Assembly: GCF_902459465.1 (NCBI RefSeq)
Contig: NC_047073.1
Location: 14,694,001 to 14,758,000, forward strand
Length of the DNA: 64,000 nucleotides
DNA from: Asterias rubens
Taxonomy: Eukaryota
Direction of reading: 5' to 3'
The stretch's first letter is position 1. Each line of letters begins with the position of its first letter. The notes beneath the pieces are model-generated. The model ran no database searches. It had not been told where the DNA came from and saw only the letters and a program-made list of their open reading frames with translations. This document shows positions 13,800 through 26,300 of this stretch, piece after piece. The translations under genes and the position numbers were made by a program.

Positions 13800-15986
13800 T
13801 GTATTCAGTCCATTTCTTGGTTGTTTGTATCATTGTACTTTTGTATACACCATAATATAGTTTTGAGGGTTTAATCAAGTTTTAAGGGTTGGGTCTTTTT
13901 TGTACAAAACCCAAATGCCACAGATTTACGTTCAACTTACACAATTTAAAAATAATGATGGTAGAAAGCTTCCCTGAAAATTGGATTTGCTGAGACACTT
14001 TAGTTTTTGAGAAATGAGTAAAACAATTTCACCAAAATAATTTTTGTCTCGGTGAGAATTTGTTTTAAATTTATCATCTTACACGACTCTCCTGAAAAAC
14101 TTGACGACTAATGAAGCTGAAACTTCTACATGTAAATTATATTCCATGCATCTTCATTCGCAGTGAGTAGGGATTCATATCATGGCCAAAAACTTGGTAT
14201 CAAAACAATTTAATGACGGCTTAATTTGATACTTTTTTCAGGCAAGCCTCAAGACATGAGCAGATCTTCTTAAGAGCCATCACAACAGAATTCAAGATGT
14301 CAGGCCTGGAGGAAGCCGCATTTGAAAAGGTACCAACGTTCATTATAAGAAACTCTTTTGGCCCTTATCCAAAAGCTTTGTTTTCTTTCTTAAACGTGCA
14401 CCTGTAGAAACCTGCTTTAAACAACACAAACCTTAACGGGAGTTTGTTTGCGGTGTAATCATGGCCAAGTAGTCTATTTCACTGAGCCAAGGCTCCATTG
14501 TTGACAGCAGCATAGAGTGGGTTAGAATCCTGGTCATGACACTTGTGCCCTTGAGCTAACAAAACTAACACTAGAGCCCTTGTCTGATGCTTCTGGGTTT
14601 TATTGATGCATTCGTTGTCATCATTGTGTTATTGAAAGTATCTTCGTTATTGCTTGTATTTTACATTCTACCGTGTATACTGTCATTTTTAAGTAATGTT
14701 TAATTCTTCTGTTATAATACACAGCTTCTATATAGTGCATCTCACAGAAAGTCTAGCAGCACTTTACAAGAAAAACAACAACACAAAATACCAATAGTTT
14801 TATGAAGAAACTTCTTTACATACTACTGTACTTTTAAAGTAACATTTGTTTCTTATGTATAGTTTTATTTAAATGCATTCTAAACGAACGCACCCATTGT
14901 TTATCCCTAACCTTTCTGTTATTTTTACTTATTTGTTCTTATTAGATATTAATTTTTTACTATTGGTTGTATAATTATCTGCTTTTATTATTGCTTTTTG
15001 TACTAAACTATGTTAAATCTTTATTAATTTTATTGTGTACCCCAGATGTGGGGCAACAGATATACGGATCATAGTATGTATTTGCTTTTGTTGTCCCTTG
15101 CCCATCTCGGGGTATATTGTCTTGTATTTTGTTTTGTACTGTTATGGCAAATAAATAATAGTGATAATAATAATAATAATTCTGGATTTTTAACTTCTTG
15201 CTGATTATATTTGTGTAAATATTATTACAATGTTATTATTATTAAGGCTTAGGCATTTTAAAGTGAGATTGATTGTAACTTTTGTGTATTTTTCTGTTTG
15301 CCCCATTAGGTTCTTGTACAGCATATATCCATCTGCAGACTTGAAGGTAAGTTCAACAAGTACTCTCTTAAGTTGATTTACAGTGACGTATCCAATTTCC
15401 TTATGAGGTTGGGTCACAAAAAAGTGCAGATACTGGTCTTTGCCGATGACACCAGTATTCTACTGGCGCTTAAAAATGATAGTCTACTTTCTTCAGTGAA
15501 GAGGTTTATTTTATCAATTCCAACAAACTCACATTTTTCAGTGTTGTATCACCTCTTTTGCACTTATGGCTTCATCAGACTGGCAACTCATCACAGCTGG
15601 TTTTCTCCAGCTCATCACAACCTCTATAATTGTCTCTGATAAACTATAACATGAGAAAACCAGCCGTGGTAAAACGTCACTGAAAAACTTCTGAGTTTGG
15701 TCTCCATATTTTGTTCATTGGAATTGGTAAAATGAACATCTTTACTGAAGTTTTAATGGACATTCCTAATGAATTTTCTATTCAAGTTCTACTTTCTTGT
15801 TTGTTGTGCCTCCTCTCGACAGGTCTTCATCCACCAGTAGTTTCCGAGGTGTCAGCTGTTTGTAGCAGGTTGGCGTCATGTCGCCTCATCCTCCTGGAGT
15901 CTGGTACCAATGAACTGAAGCAACGCATACGACTTAACATTAGTCAGGATGACGTGGGATATGCATTAAAGGAACATGGTGAATGA
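3702..15986 (+). CDS. ORC1: Origin recognition complex subunit 1 (BAH domain, long disordered linker, AAA+ ATPase, winged helix), about 1030 aa
   Basis: 15 exons: 3702-3796, 5137-5246, 6175-6386, 7326-7686, 8289-9373, 9665-9777, 10095-10196, 10727-10901, 11493-11600, 12321-12470, 12998-13117, 13480-13652, 14242-14329, 15310-15346, 15823-15986. Total 3093 nt, all GT-AG, phases consistent. Motifs: [14 protein letters not shown], Walker [13 protein letters not shown], Walker [33 protein letters not shown]-terminal [13 protein letters not shown]. Confidence 0.97.
4312..4443. mobile_element. 132-bp MITE with GG...CC termini and 8-bp TSD (Merlin-like)
   Basis: TIR core TTTCCGTATGGCGCCACCACTTTTTCA; TSD ATTTGTTT on both sides. 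Confidence 0.8.
5261..5510 (-). mobile_element. 3' fragment of an L2/CR1-group LINE
   Basis: Encodes [25 protein letters not shown] followed by a (TTA)n tail. Similar fragments at about 34985-35235 (+, WDSLPHSIR...FKTTLKTHL) and about 5890-6140 (+, [18 protein letters not shown]). Confidence 0.7.
6640..6885. mobile_element. MITE with GGCCCAATTTCAT TIRs and CWG flanks (PIF/Harbinger-related, tentative)
   Basis: Related copies 2839-3092 (CTG/CTG), 10262-10382 (CTG/CTG), 23877-24158 (CAG/CAG) and about 29888-30083; partials at about 12640-12795, 19564-19735 and 38071 onward. Confidence 0.72.
7866..8222. mobile_element. TTAA-flanked MITE with AG...CT termini (Kolobok-like)
   Basis: TTAA|AGGCAGTGGACACTATTGGTAA ... 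TTACCAATAGTGTCCACTGGCT|TTAA. Further copy 17470-17814; partial copies at about 11223-11460 and 20660-20830. Confidence 0.8.
11995..12257. repeat. 132-bp tandem duplication of a dispersed repeat fragment (ORC1 intron)
   Basis: Identical blocks start at 11995 and 12127; related sequence at about 1705-1800, 61900-61960 (reverse) and 63575-63650. Confidence 0.9.
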
Positions 15987-17469
15987 AGATGGATACTAGA
16001 CGATGGAGAGTTTCCGGTAAATATATTTAAACAAATATTGACTGTTTGAAAAATGCCCAGGCAGGCCCGATACTTAACGGAAGCAACAAAGGCGATTGCC
16101 TCCATGCCCCCTGGTTATTGCCTTGGGTGCCCTTGAAATGATCCAGTTGAAGTTTACAATTTACTCTCAGGGTGCAGGGTGCCCTTTACAAACGAGAAAA
16201 TGCCTTGGTGCCCTTGCTTCCGAAAACAAATCATACAGGCCTGCCAGGGCGTGATCCTTGGCATGTTCTAGAAGCCAAGTGAAACTAGAACGCTCCGGGG
16301 ATCAAGGAAGGAGTCCCAAGTTTTAACCATAGCACAAGTAAAATCAGTCGATATTTGTTTCATATTACCCAATACAAATTGTACCTCGACATCCACATTT
16401 TAGTGTCAAAGACTTTGCACAAATTTCTGAGCAGGGATCAGAATTTACACTGGACCACAGGCCCAAGGTTTGTGTGTCGGGCCAGTCAACTCATGACCAA
16501 TCTTGATCCGGTTGTCTTGTGTTTTTCTGTTTTCAACATTTTTTTCTGATTTCCAATTTTTGACTTTGAGTCCGATAAGAATCTGTAAATTCTGTTGAGT
16601 ATTAAAGACTACTTTCAAATGAGATCGGACTTCTCAGTTAAAACAAAAAAACAAAGTTTTTTTGGTTTTGGTCTTTTCATTCTCATTCTGAGTCGTGAAA
16701 ATAATTCTGGTCTAGTAAATTTAATATTATGAGTGGTCCGGTAAAAGTTGTGAGCGACAAATCCTGATTTTTCCCACAGATTTGTGCCTAATCGAGTAAA
16801 AACAGAATATGCAAAATATTTTCAATTGAATTAATCTCCGAAAACAGATGAATATTATATTTTTACTTTTCCTATGAACTTTTTTGTACTGGTGTTTCAA
16901 ACATTTTGATATATAAAACATAAAGTATTATTCTTGATTTTTGTTGCTGTTAAACAGATTTAAAAATTGTACTTAAAATGTCTTGGTCGGTTTATTTGTA
17001 TCCCCCCCCCCCCCCCAGTTTGTTTTTATTCTATAGGTAACATATTTTGCATTTTGAGAGAACACAACTTCCAAATTTGGATTTATAAAAATGTAATCTT
17101 AGTAACCAGTTAGATTTGTCCGACTATGCTGTACATGTGATCATACCAACATTATCAGAGTCTTAAAAGTCTGGTGTTGGTTTTTGTTAGAGTGAGAGAA
17201 AAAAAGAATCCTAATAAATCACACAGATAATAATAACAACAATCATAAAGTCACAAGAAAGTATTAAGAAAGGCTTTAATTTAGTTAGCATAGTATTTTA
17301 ATTTGTATTTACTGTGTAAAAGTATAAAATTTTAATAAATTTCTATAAAATATATTTAACTGCCTACTTCACTTGATTCTTTATTCCAGTGCCAGCACAT
17401 TTCATGTGTCGGGTCATCTTACTCATGGATTCAAATCTCATCACATAATTGAAAAAATGTTTATTTTAA

Positions 17470-17814
17470 AGCAAGTGGACACTATTGGTAAATTTCATAT
17501 GCATAAACTAACAGACCTGTGAAAATTTGAGCTTGATTGGTCGTCGGAGTTGCGAGATACCTATGAAAGGAAAAAACACCCTTGTCACACGAAGTTGTGT
17601 GCTTTCAGATGCTTGTTTTCGAGACCTCAAATTCTAAACTTGAGGTCTCGAAATCAAGTTCGTGGAAAATTACTTCTTTCTCGAAAACTACTCCACTTCA
17701 GAGGGAGCCGTTTCTCACAATGTTTTATACTACCAACCTGGCCCCATTACTCATTACCAAGTAAGGTTTTATGCTAAAAACTATTTTAAGTAATTCCAAT
17801 AGTGTCCACTGCCT
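17470..17814. mobile_element. Kolobok-like MITE copy
   Basis: TTAA flanks at 17466-17469 and 17815-17818; same TIR family as 7866-8222, in the opposite internal orientation. Confidence 0.78.
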
Positions 17815-17999
17815 TTAAGGAAGAAAAGGAAGAACAAACACCTCTTATCAAATAAGAAATAGAGAGATTTTTTGCGTAGAACTTGTTTGGGTTTTCATAC
17901 AGGCTCGCTTCTATTTGTATCAAAGAAAATACTGTTTACAAAAGGAGCTCTCTGACGTCCCTCATCAAATCAATCAACTTGTACAAGCGGATAAGACTA

Positions 18000-18325
18000 A
18001 GAGCACCGAACTCGAGCTCTGGTGGTCCTGTTCAGCAGAGTGTTGGTTCGAATCCCGGTTGTGACACTTGTGTCCCTGAGCAAGACACTTTACTATAATT
18101 GCTTCTCTCCACCCAGGGGTAAATGGGTACCTGTGAGGGCAGAGATAGTTGTTGTGGTTGGTTTAGCTTAGTGCGCTACATATTTGGCGACACAGGTTGT
18201 ACACTCCCTAGGGAGCTGAGATGGTTTAAGGAATGAGATGGCCCAGTGATCAGGGTAATAATGTTGGAAGCGCTTTGAGACATGGTGTATAAAGCGCTAT
18301 ATAAAAAACAAATATTATTATCATT
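18000..18325 (+). mobile_element. tRNA-derived SINE with conserved central domain and L2-type tail
   Basis: B-box GGTTCGAATCCC; central GTGTCCCTGAGCAAGACACTT...CCACCCAGGGGTAAATGGGTACC; tail AAGCGCTTTGAG...AAAGCGCTATATAAA followed by TTA repeats. Other copies at about 490-900, 11100-11215 (-), 14455-14560, 27345-27600, 28913-29345 and 34617-34780. Confidence 0.75.
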
Positions 18326-18713
18326 ATTACATTCAACACATCTCTCTGATAGTTTTGCTGGAGTTCTGTTCAACACATCCCTCGGATACATGCAACTTTT
18401 CCTCGGATCAGCTGATTTCCTCTTTTTTTTAATCTCAGTTTTACCATTCAAAATTGAAAAATACTATACAAAATCATTGAAATTTTGTAATTTCCTGCTT
18501 TTTTGGGGCGTGAAGTTACAGTTGCATGCCTTGGGATGGTTTTGCTGAAGTTCAATCAATAAATTCCTACGATAGTTTTGCAGAACTTCTGTCTACACCA
18601 TCCTCTGATGTAGTTTGATGAAGTTCTATTAACATACTGTATTCCTCCGATAGTTTTGCTGAAGTTCTGTACATCAATCAACTCATTCCTCTGAAAGTTT
18701 TGCCAAAGTCCTG

Positions 18714-21258
18714 TCACCTCTTCTTGTCAGTGTCCGAATCATTGCTCTCACTCAAATTTAAATCTTCATCAAGACAGTCCAAGTTTTCTCCAGTCTCGTT
18801 TCTGTCACTGAAAGTTTGCTTTTCAGAGGACTGGCCATGATCGTTTTCCGGGTCATCATTTGAACGGTCCTCTTCCGTAACTGCGCTCTCTCCAGTGATT
18901 CCTAGTTTATTCTTCAGTAATGACCTCGCCCAGCTAAGATCTTCTGTCCAGAGTTCAGCCTCAGCTGGGTTCAGGTGGAGTGCCTTGGAGAAACTAACAA
19001 CTGCCTACAGAAAGTAACAACGCCAGTGAAAAATAGATCTTATGAGAATGAACAAAAAAATCCCTTGTTTTATAAACTGCTTCCTGAATGCGCAGAATAA
19101 TGTTACATTTGAGATGTACAGACTCATCATTTCAAAAAGGTATCTACGGGAAACTCAGGCTTCGAAATAACCCAAGGTACCAACAGCAATTGCTGTGGTG
19201 CCCTTTGCTTAGTTCTGATACAAGTTTTAATTTTGCTCAAGTGTTCATAATTAAACACAAACCCCCAAAACAAGGATGGATATGATGTCTTACTAGTTTA
19301 ACGTCTCCTAGTCCAAGTTGCGCTCTTCCGAGGGTCTGGTATCCAACCCACCATCGAGGGTTATACTTGACTGCATCTTCAGCTGACTGTACAGCTGGGA
19401 AAACCTCATGGAGGATCAACAACGCCTAAAATATCGAGGAGAGAAACTAAAAAGATATATATGTTGACCGACAAGTTAAAGGGAATGATACCTTTTGTTT
19501 TGGGGACTGTTTGTAAAGCGATACCATGTGACTTGCTTTTATGGCAAAGGATATCACGCGACAAGGCCCAATTTCATAGAGCTGCAAGAAAAAAGAAACA
19601 CTGAAAATATTGCTTAAAATTGTTCTGCTTAGCACAACTAAGCAGGATAGCAGATAAATTTTGTACGTAAAAGGTATTTTAGCAGGTAACGATATTATGG
19701 TAAGCATATTGATGTGCTTAGCAGCTTTTTAGGCTAAAAAGTTTGTTATCGTACGAGTGCTTTTTAACCTGGCAACGCACAACCCTCCTCTGGCTTTCAG
19801 AAGAACTTTCTTTGTACTTCCCGCTAATCAAATACTCGATTATGTGGTTGCTTTTTCACAATACTGTCGTAGATGCTCCACTTGTTCATCAAACGATTTA
19901 CATGTGGACGCCGCCATGAAAGCTATTAGCTTGAGCAAAACAGTTGACTCAGCCCGGCACTAAATTCGACCACTTTTGGTTGCTGTGCGCAGGTCTGAAA
20001 TGATGTAATACTACCGTATATGGTAATCCGGAGCTTTGAACACACCGGACAACTGAGACTGCGACACCCTGCTCAAAAGACTTGTGTTAATGGTGAAATT
20101 ATAACAACAGGCAGTTCTTATTTAGCACTCGGTTTTAACCACACCTGATGGCAACTCAAAGTGCTCATTATGCGGAGCTATTGCTGAGCTATGTTAGATC
20201 TGCAGCCAACCATACCAGCCGTCGGTTTCACCAAACTCTTAAAACTCTCAAACTTAATGTAGGATTAATCTTAGGACTTAGGATGAGTTAAGTTCCGTAT
20301 CCATAGAAGTTCAGACGCATTGAACCCATCCTAAGTTAGGACGGGTTACTCGCCCTAACTCCAAATAGGATTAATCCTAGCATTTCGTGAAATCTGCTGC
20401 TGGAAACACTGATTAGACACCTTTTTGCACTCAACAAACTTTGCACTCCGACATAACTACATGTATTTCCTCCAAGGTGTTCTTACCTGCGCTTTCATGT
20501 CCAAAATGTGTTCATTTTCCGGGGTTAGTTGAAGAGCTTCATCCCACTTCTTGATTGCCTCCCAGTACCTAAAATGAAGGGGAAAAAAGGACGAAAAATG
20601 GGTAAGATTTAAAAGCACAGGATGCTTTTTATTCCCTTTGGGATCTCTGTATCCTATCTTTTAAAGGCGCTGGACACATTTGGTAATTTTTTGTCAAAGA
20701 CCAAAAATTCTCACTTGGTGTATCTCAACATTATGAATACAATAACAAGTCTGTGAAAATGTTGATGAAATTGGTCATCAAAGTTGAAAGAAAATAAGTT
20801 GAAAGAAAATAATGAAAAAAAACACCCTTGTTGACCAAATTTGTGTGCTTTCATATGCCTGAAGTCAATTTCTTTGTTTTTAAAAACCTGAAATATTTCA
20901 GGGATGCTTTCCCAACTACATGTACCCAGCAAGACCGACTTAAAGATAGTTTTGACTGGTTTTTAGATGTTAATGAACATTTGGCCACTGCCGACATGTT
21001 TAGGGAGATCACTGGGGGTGAGTTGCGTCCGCAGATCTACCTTTCCGCCTCTGCCAAGATTGCCCCTTCTTCCTTCAGTCTTTTGCTCTTACTACTGGCA
21101 TCTTCCAGTAAGCCGAGCTTCTGTTGCTTAGCAACCATCAAGATCTCCTCCTCATCCGAGCTGTCTGAATTCTGCTGCCCTGTCACCTCTTGAAAGTTTG
21201 AAGTGGCGGACTTTGAAATCTGTTGCCCGAGTTTTCGTTTCCAGCCAAACGTGGTCAT
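18714..21258 (-). CDS. TTC33: Tetratricopeptide repeat protein 33, 240 aa
   Basis: Exons 21258-21041, 20568-20487, 19425-19294, 19004-18714 (723 nt, in phase). N-terminus MTTFGWKRKLG and segments YWEAIKKWDEALQLTP, LHEVFPAVQSAEDAV, YQTLGRAQLGLG, LWTEDLSWAR match TTC33. An acceptor at 21279 implies an upstream non-coding exon. Confidence 0.93.
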
Positions 21259-22099
21259 ATTGTCGTTTGATTTTAACCTGAAACATTGATTTTTATTTAG
21301 ATTTTAATTAATTTCCTCCTTATTAATGTGAAAGTTGAAAGTTTAATGAGGTTAACCATGAGAAACAGGCGAGCAAAGAAAATGGCTTTCGGCAGGAGGG
21401 TTATGTTATCGCAACTACCCTAGAATCCTCACTTAATTAAGGAATCCTACATGTAACTAAGGATTCAGCTAGCCAGCCTTGGCCACACAAGTAGGGCTAA
21501 ACCTTCCCCAACCAAAAAAAGTTTGTTCGAACGGAAACTTGCAATATTTGTTGGTATTTTATATAATATTTCAATTATAATTAATTTGTTAAAAAATAAA
21601 GCAAATAAATAAAGTGTTCATAAAAAAAAATTGCTCCAATTCAGAACACAGTAACTTTGTTCAGTGAGGTGTGTAAACTCAACTGTCTGTGTGTGTATCT
21701 CTAGTCGTTTGCTGTACATTAATGACATTGCTAACAAAAGATTAAATACAACAAAGAACCTACAAACTCAACTGTCAGAAAAGAGAAAAAAAGAAAAGAA
21801 AAAGGTAAACATTGTAATTGTTTGTAAAATTAATTTAAATCTTCGTAGTTGCAATGTTTGCACAATTTTTAACATTGTAAATTTCAACATATTGCAGTTT
21901 GTACACTCCATCATCAAATTAAAAGGTCAACCTTATTTACCATCTAGAGCAATTCAGCAAGGACCTGCAAGTCATCCGTGAAAGATTTTGCACAAAATGA
22001 ATGTTTTCAATGTTGACGTCTCTGCTCAGCTCATTGTAACCTGTCTATCTGCACGTTGAAACACACGGTATATTCAGTCATGTACCTAGACTCATCGAT

Positions 22100-22340
22100 A
22101 CACAATGTAAACACATCACAAGTTTGGTTTTTAAAACGAGGATTGTGATTGGTTGACAAATGACCTCTTATGCATAATACACGTCTTACCATTGGTTACT
22201 ATCCCCGGGTCAGTTTAAAACCCATTCAGTCCATCACACACAAACACATGCACACTCTCGGTCGTTTACCTTGTCTGTGGCACAAAGCATCCGAAAATTC
22301 TGTGTGTTTGCAAAATTACACGTCCAAAAAGGTAAGAAAA
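22100..22340. promoter_or_regulatory. Probable bidirectional promoter and non-coding first exons of TTC33 and PIF1
   Basis: Minus-strand donors AG|GTAAAC at 22269 and TG|GTAAGA at 22189; plus-strand donor AG|GTAAGA at 22332. ATTGG (CCAAT) boxes at 22148 and 22191. Both first coding exons have acceptors just upstream of the ATG. Confidence 0.5.
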
Positions 22341-22762
22341 TTTGTCTTTTTTGAAAGCTGTTGTTAGTGTGGTATTCGGTAAAATTATGCACCTAATTAA
22401 ATGTAACGAAGAGAGCAGCTTGATGAACTTATTCACGACATTTTGTTTTTTAACAAAACAAAAATAATTGAGGACAAATCGAAATCACAAATGAGTCGCC
22501 CCTTGCGATATTGCCCTTTGCAAAGTCGCCCCACATGTTCTTTGTTTAACTTTTATTCCTGAGTAATAAACAAATAAGAGAAACTTTCTTGGCTCTCTAG
22601 TTTGGTTTGTAAAATGTTTGCTTTTCAGGAGTAGGATTAATATTTTGTATTTTTTTGACCGACATTTATTTGAATTGAACAAATAATGGTCTGGACATCT
22701 AAATTCTAAATGCATTATTTCTTATTATGAATGATGATATGGGGTTGAATGATATTTATCTA

Positions 22763-22894
22763 GGAAAAGTTTCCGTATGGCGCCACCACTTTTTCATTCG
22801 GTATGAAATAATATAGTATCTAATTTACCTCAATGAGATATCCCTTTTTGTAAAAATGAGTGAAAAGGTGGTGGCGCCATACGGAAAGTTATCC
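22763..22894. mobile_element. Second copy of the Merlin-like 132-bp MITE
   Basis: Near-identical to 4312-4443; TSD TTTATCTA at 22755-22762 and 22895-22902. A truncated third copy lies at about 37783-37826. Confidence 0.8.
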
Positions 22895-23308
22895 TTTATC
22901 TAGTCAAGCACGGTTCCTACTTCCTGCGAATGCTTTGTGTTAAGCCAATTTTACTGCGTCCACATAGACATAGGGAAGGGACTCGGGAGCGCAAACATAC
23001 TGATTGTTGCAGCTCCAAAATTTGCTTCGCATTCACAGAAAGCATTAACCAGGCTTTCTTTGACTTTAGTTTTACTTTTATTTAGGCTTTGTTCTACTTT
23101 TTGTGTTCTTCCTGTTCTTGTGTTCTTGACAATTGAGTTGGTTGAGTTGTCTCGAGTTGAGTTGAATTAGTACTTCTTCAAATAAAACAATAATTTAAAA
23201 ATAAGTAAAAATAATAAAATAGTTTCAAAAAAAGAGAATCCTTTTGGATATAAATCTATGTTTTCTGTTGCCAATTATCATTTCCAACTGCTGTAGAGCC
23301 CATGCAGG

Positions 23309-26300
23309 ATGAATACGTCCGAGCTATGCTGCAGTGTTTCTACAGTAAAGGTAGCCCCAACAGGAGAAACGATAAAAAGAACTAGTGCAAGGAGTGCGAC
23401 AGTAGTTCTCGGCCGGAATGAGTTCAACGACGTCATCCTCCGTCTCGACATCAACAAAACGAGCGCCAAGTACCTCATGCGTGACATCACCGTCCACAAG
23501 CGCTTTATCAAAGACGGCAAAGCATGCATTCAGTTACCAAGCCACAACCTCCAGATCATGCTCTCAAACTGCCCCCCACATCAGCTTGCAGCTTTCTTAA
23601 AGTGTCTTGTTGTAAAACGAGAGTGCGCCAAACAACAGAAACCCATCTCCGGGAGGGCAAGGCTGCTCTCTGAGCTTCCAAGAAAGTTTGAAGAGATCAG
23701 TCCCCTGTGTGAGAAGGATGTCAATGCAATAAACAACGCTCGGGCAAAAGCAGTGGAAGCCAAAGGAACTGCAACAACTCCAGCCGGACCAGGAAAGAGA
23801 AAAAGCGTCAAGCGCCCAAGAGACAACAGTGGAGGCCAACATGTAGGTACAAAATATCAGGACCCTATATGACCAGGGCCCAGTTTCATGGCTCTGTTTA
23901 AAGTTACATGTAGCAACTTTAGGATTGGTACTTTTATGGAAGCAGGGAATCCCGTGCTCAGGTCAAGCATTATTTTACGGGTTAGCAGGGAATTTCTGCT
24001 TGTGTGATTGCATGCATACCAAAATAGGCATTTTTCACTTTACAATGTACATAGCTAGCGCAGAAATTCGGCGCTTGTACAATATGACAATAAGCGGAGA
24101 ATAAAGATTGTAATGGGTGGGAAGGGTTCAGCAGTAAGCAGAGCCATGGAATTGGGTCCAGAACTCTTTTTTGAAACTAATGAAAACAACTTGTAGGAAA
24201 CCAGTCACAAACTATAGGGCCTACGACATGTTTTTTTGGCTGATATTTAGGACCCCTAACAATTTTCTGATAAGCAAAAATGTTTTGTGCTTTGATTGTT
24301 GTGCTTTAAAGCAGCTCCCTGTTCCTACATATTACACTTTGAGATACAGTGACCTTAGACTAAGCTCTTACCTTAGACTTTCACATAATATTTGGATTAT
24401 GCAGGTTTGAGCACAAAATCTTGGAATGATTATAGTGAGACTTTGAGCCCTCAAAAAAAAAAATTTAAAAAATACTGTAGATTTGACAAACCCCTCCCTT
24501 ACATGTAAGTGTGATCAGCAAAAGGCCTTGATTTTCATCTTTGATAGGGCAATCCCATCTCATTTTTCCTATCTTCGTGCCAGTCAAGCCCAAATCATTT
24601 AACATTTACCAATTCAGTTTCCCTTATTAGTAGTAAAAGTTGTATCTTGTTTCGTTACATGTCAAGGCGGATGAAGTGCCCAAAGCAAAGAAGCTCAACA
24701 TCAGCTTGAATAAGACCCAGTTAAACCCCCAGCAGTCTCGGGTCCTCAATACAGTGCTAGCTGGTCACAGCGTGTTCTTCACCGGTAGTGCGGGCACGGG
24801 TAAATCATTTCTACTCAAGAAGATCATCGGCGCTCTGCCGCCAGACAGCACCTTTGCCACAGCAAGTACAGGTGTTGCAGCTTGCCATATTGGAGGTACC
24901 ACCCTTCACCAGTTTGCAGGTAAAGTTTATAGCAATGTGCACTTAAGTTAGTTTGGGGTTTTGTTTACATTTATTTCATTTATTTGGCACCCAATTTCAC
25001 CTCTAATAGACCGATCCATTAAGCTCCGCCCCATTGTGCATATTGACCAATCACAACGCCAAGGCCAACGACTCAAAACAAACTAATGGGCATGGGCCTC
25101 AATGCATGGCTTTGCGTACCGCCAAATTCTGCGCTTTCGATCATCCTTCTTCATCGCTTACAAGAAGGCGTATCTCAACCTATTGATTTTTCTTCATAAA
25201 TGTACAACTCTGTCATTATTTTTCTATCTGGTTTCAGCAGCTCGCCATGGAAGATTAACTAAATCTAGTTTTATTTTAGTTGAATAATTGTTTATTGGTA
25301 ATTTGTTTTTGTCTGTGAATTTGTTTACATAGGAATTGGTTCCGGCAACCATCCCCTACAAAAGTCCATTGAGCTGGCGTCTCGCCCGGCAAGGAAACAG
25401 CAATGGCGGAAATGCAAGCACCTCATCGTGGATGAGATATCTATGGTTGATGGGGACCTCTTCACAAAACTTGAGGTACAGTATATGGCAGCATTCTCCT
25501 ATAAACAGAACACCTTGTATTTAAACCAAATACCTGGTGCTATGTACAGTATCAAAGAACAGGTCTCATACTTGTAGCTCCACCTTACTACTTTAGTCTG
25601 TTTTCAGATATATTTTTTTGCCCTCAGAAAAATCTGGTTTTTGTTGTGTTATTAATTATAAGGACTGAAAAGTCTAATAGAGCGTACACGTTGTATAATG
25701 TTGGTCGACCCTCTTAATCGATAATATGATCTTACTTTTTCCCCAAGGACCGAGATATCATAACTGCTCCACATACCTTGCAGAGAAAAACAAAATAAAA
25801 TGAGTGCTTTGATATGCCCCTAAGTAATGGTGTGCTAAAGCTCTATGTAAGATGAGTATTATTATTAAATGATAAGTCAGCTGGTCCTGCTTGCTGGTCT
25901 CTCTTCAAAAGTTAGTTGTGGGCGAATCCTGATAAAGTGACGTTCACATTATTTGTTTCCCTTGTTACCAGGCAACAGCCAGAGCAGTCAAGTGCAGTGA
26001 CAAGCCATTTGGAGGCATTCAACTCATCGTCTGCGGAGACTTTCTTCAACTCCCACCGGTCACTAAGACTGGTGAGAAACGGGTATTCTGCTTCCAGGTA
26101 ACACTCATTGATCATGTTTTCTTCTGATTTGGACTTTCCATGAGAGTGGAAATTTTTGCATGATTTGTATTCTACTGATGCTCGATCACAATCCACTCCT
26201 CTGTCTGGTAGCCGTGATGTTTTTTAAATCTGTCCTTAAGACTAATATCTTTTTAAAGAAGCTTTTTATTGATTGTGCATATATTATTAAATGTTTTTAC

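Noticed and set aside
18678-18716. Stop-codon readthrough of TTC33 (TGA-C context)
   Set aside because: It would add only about 11 residues before another stop, and there is no supporting evidence.
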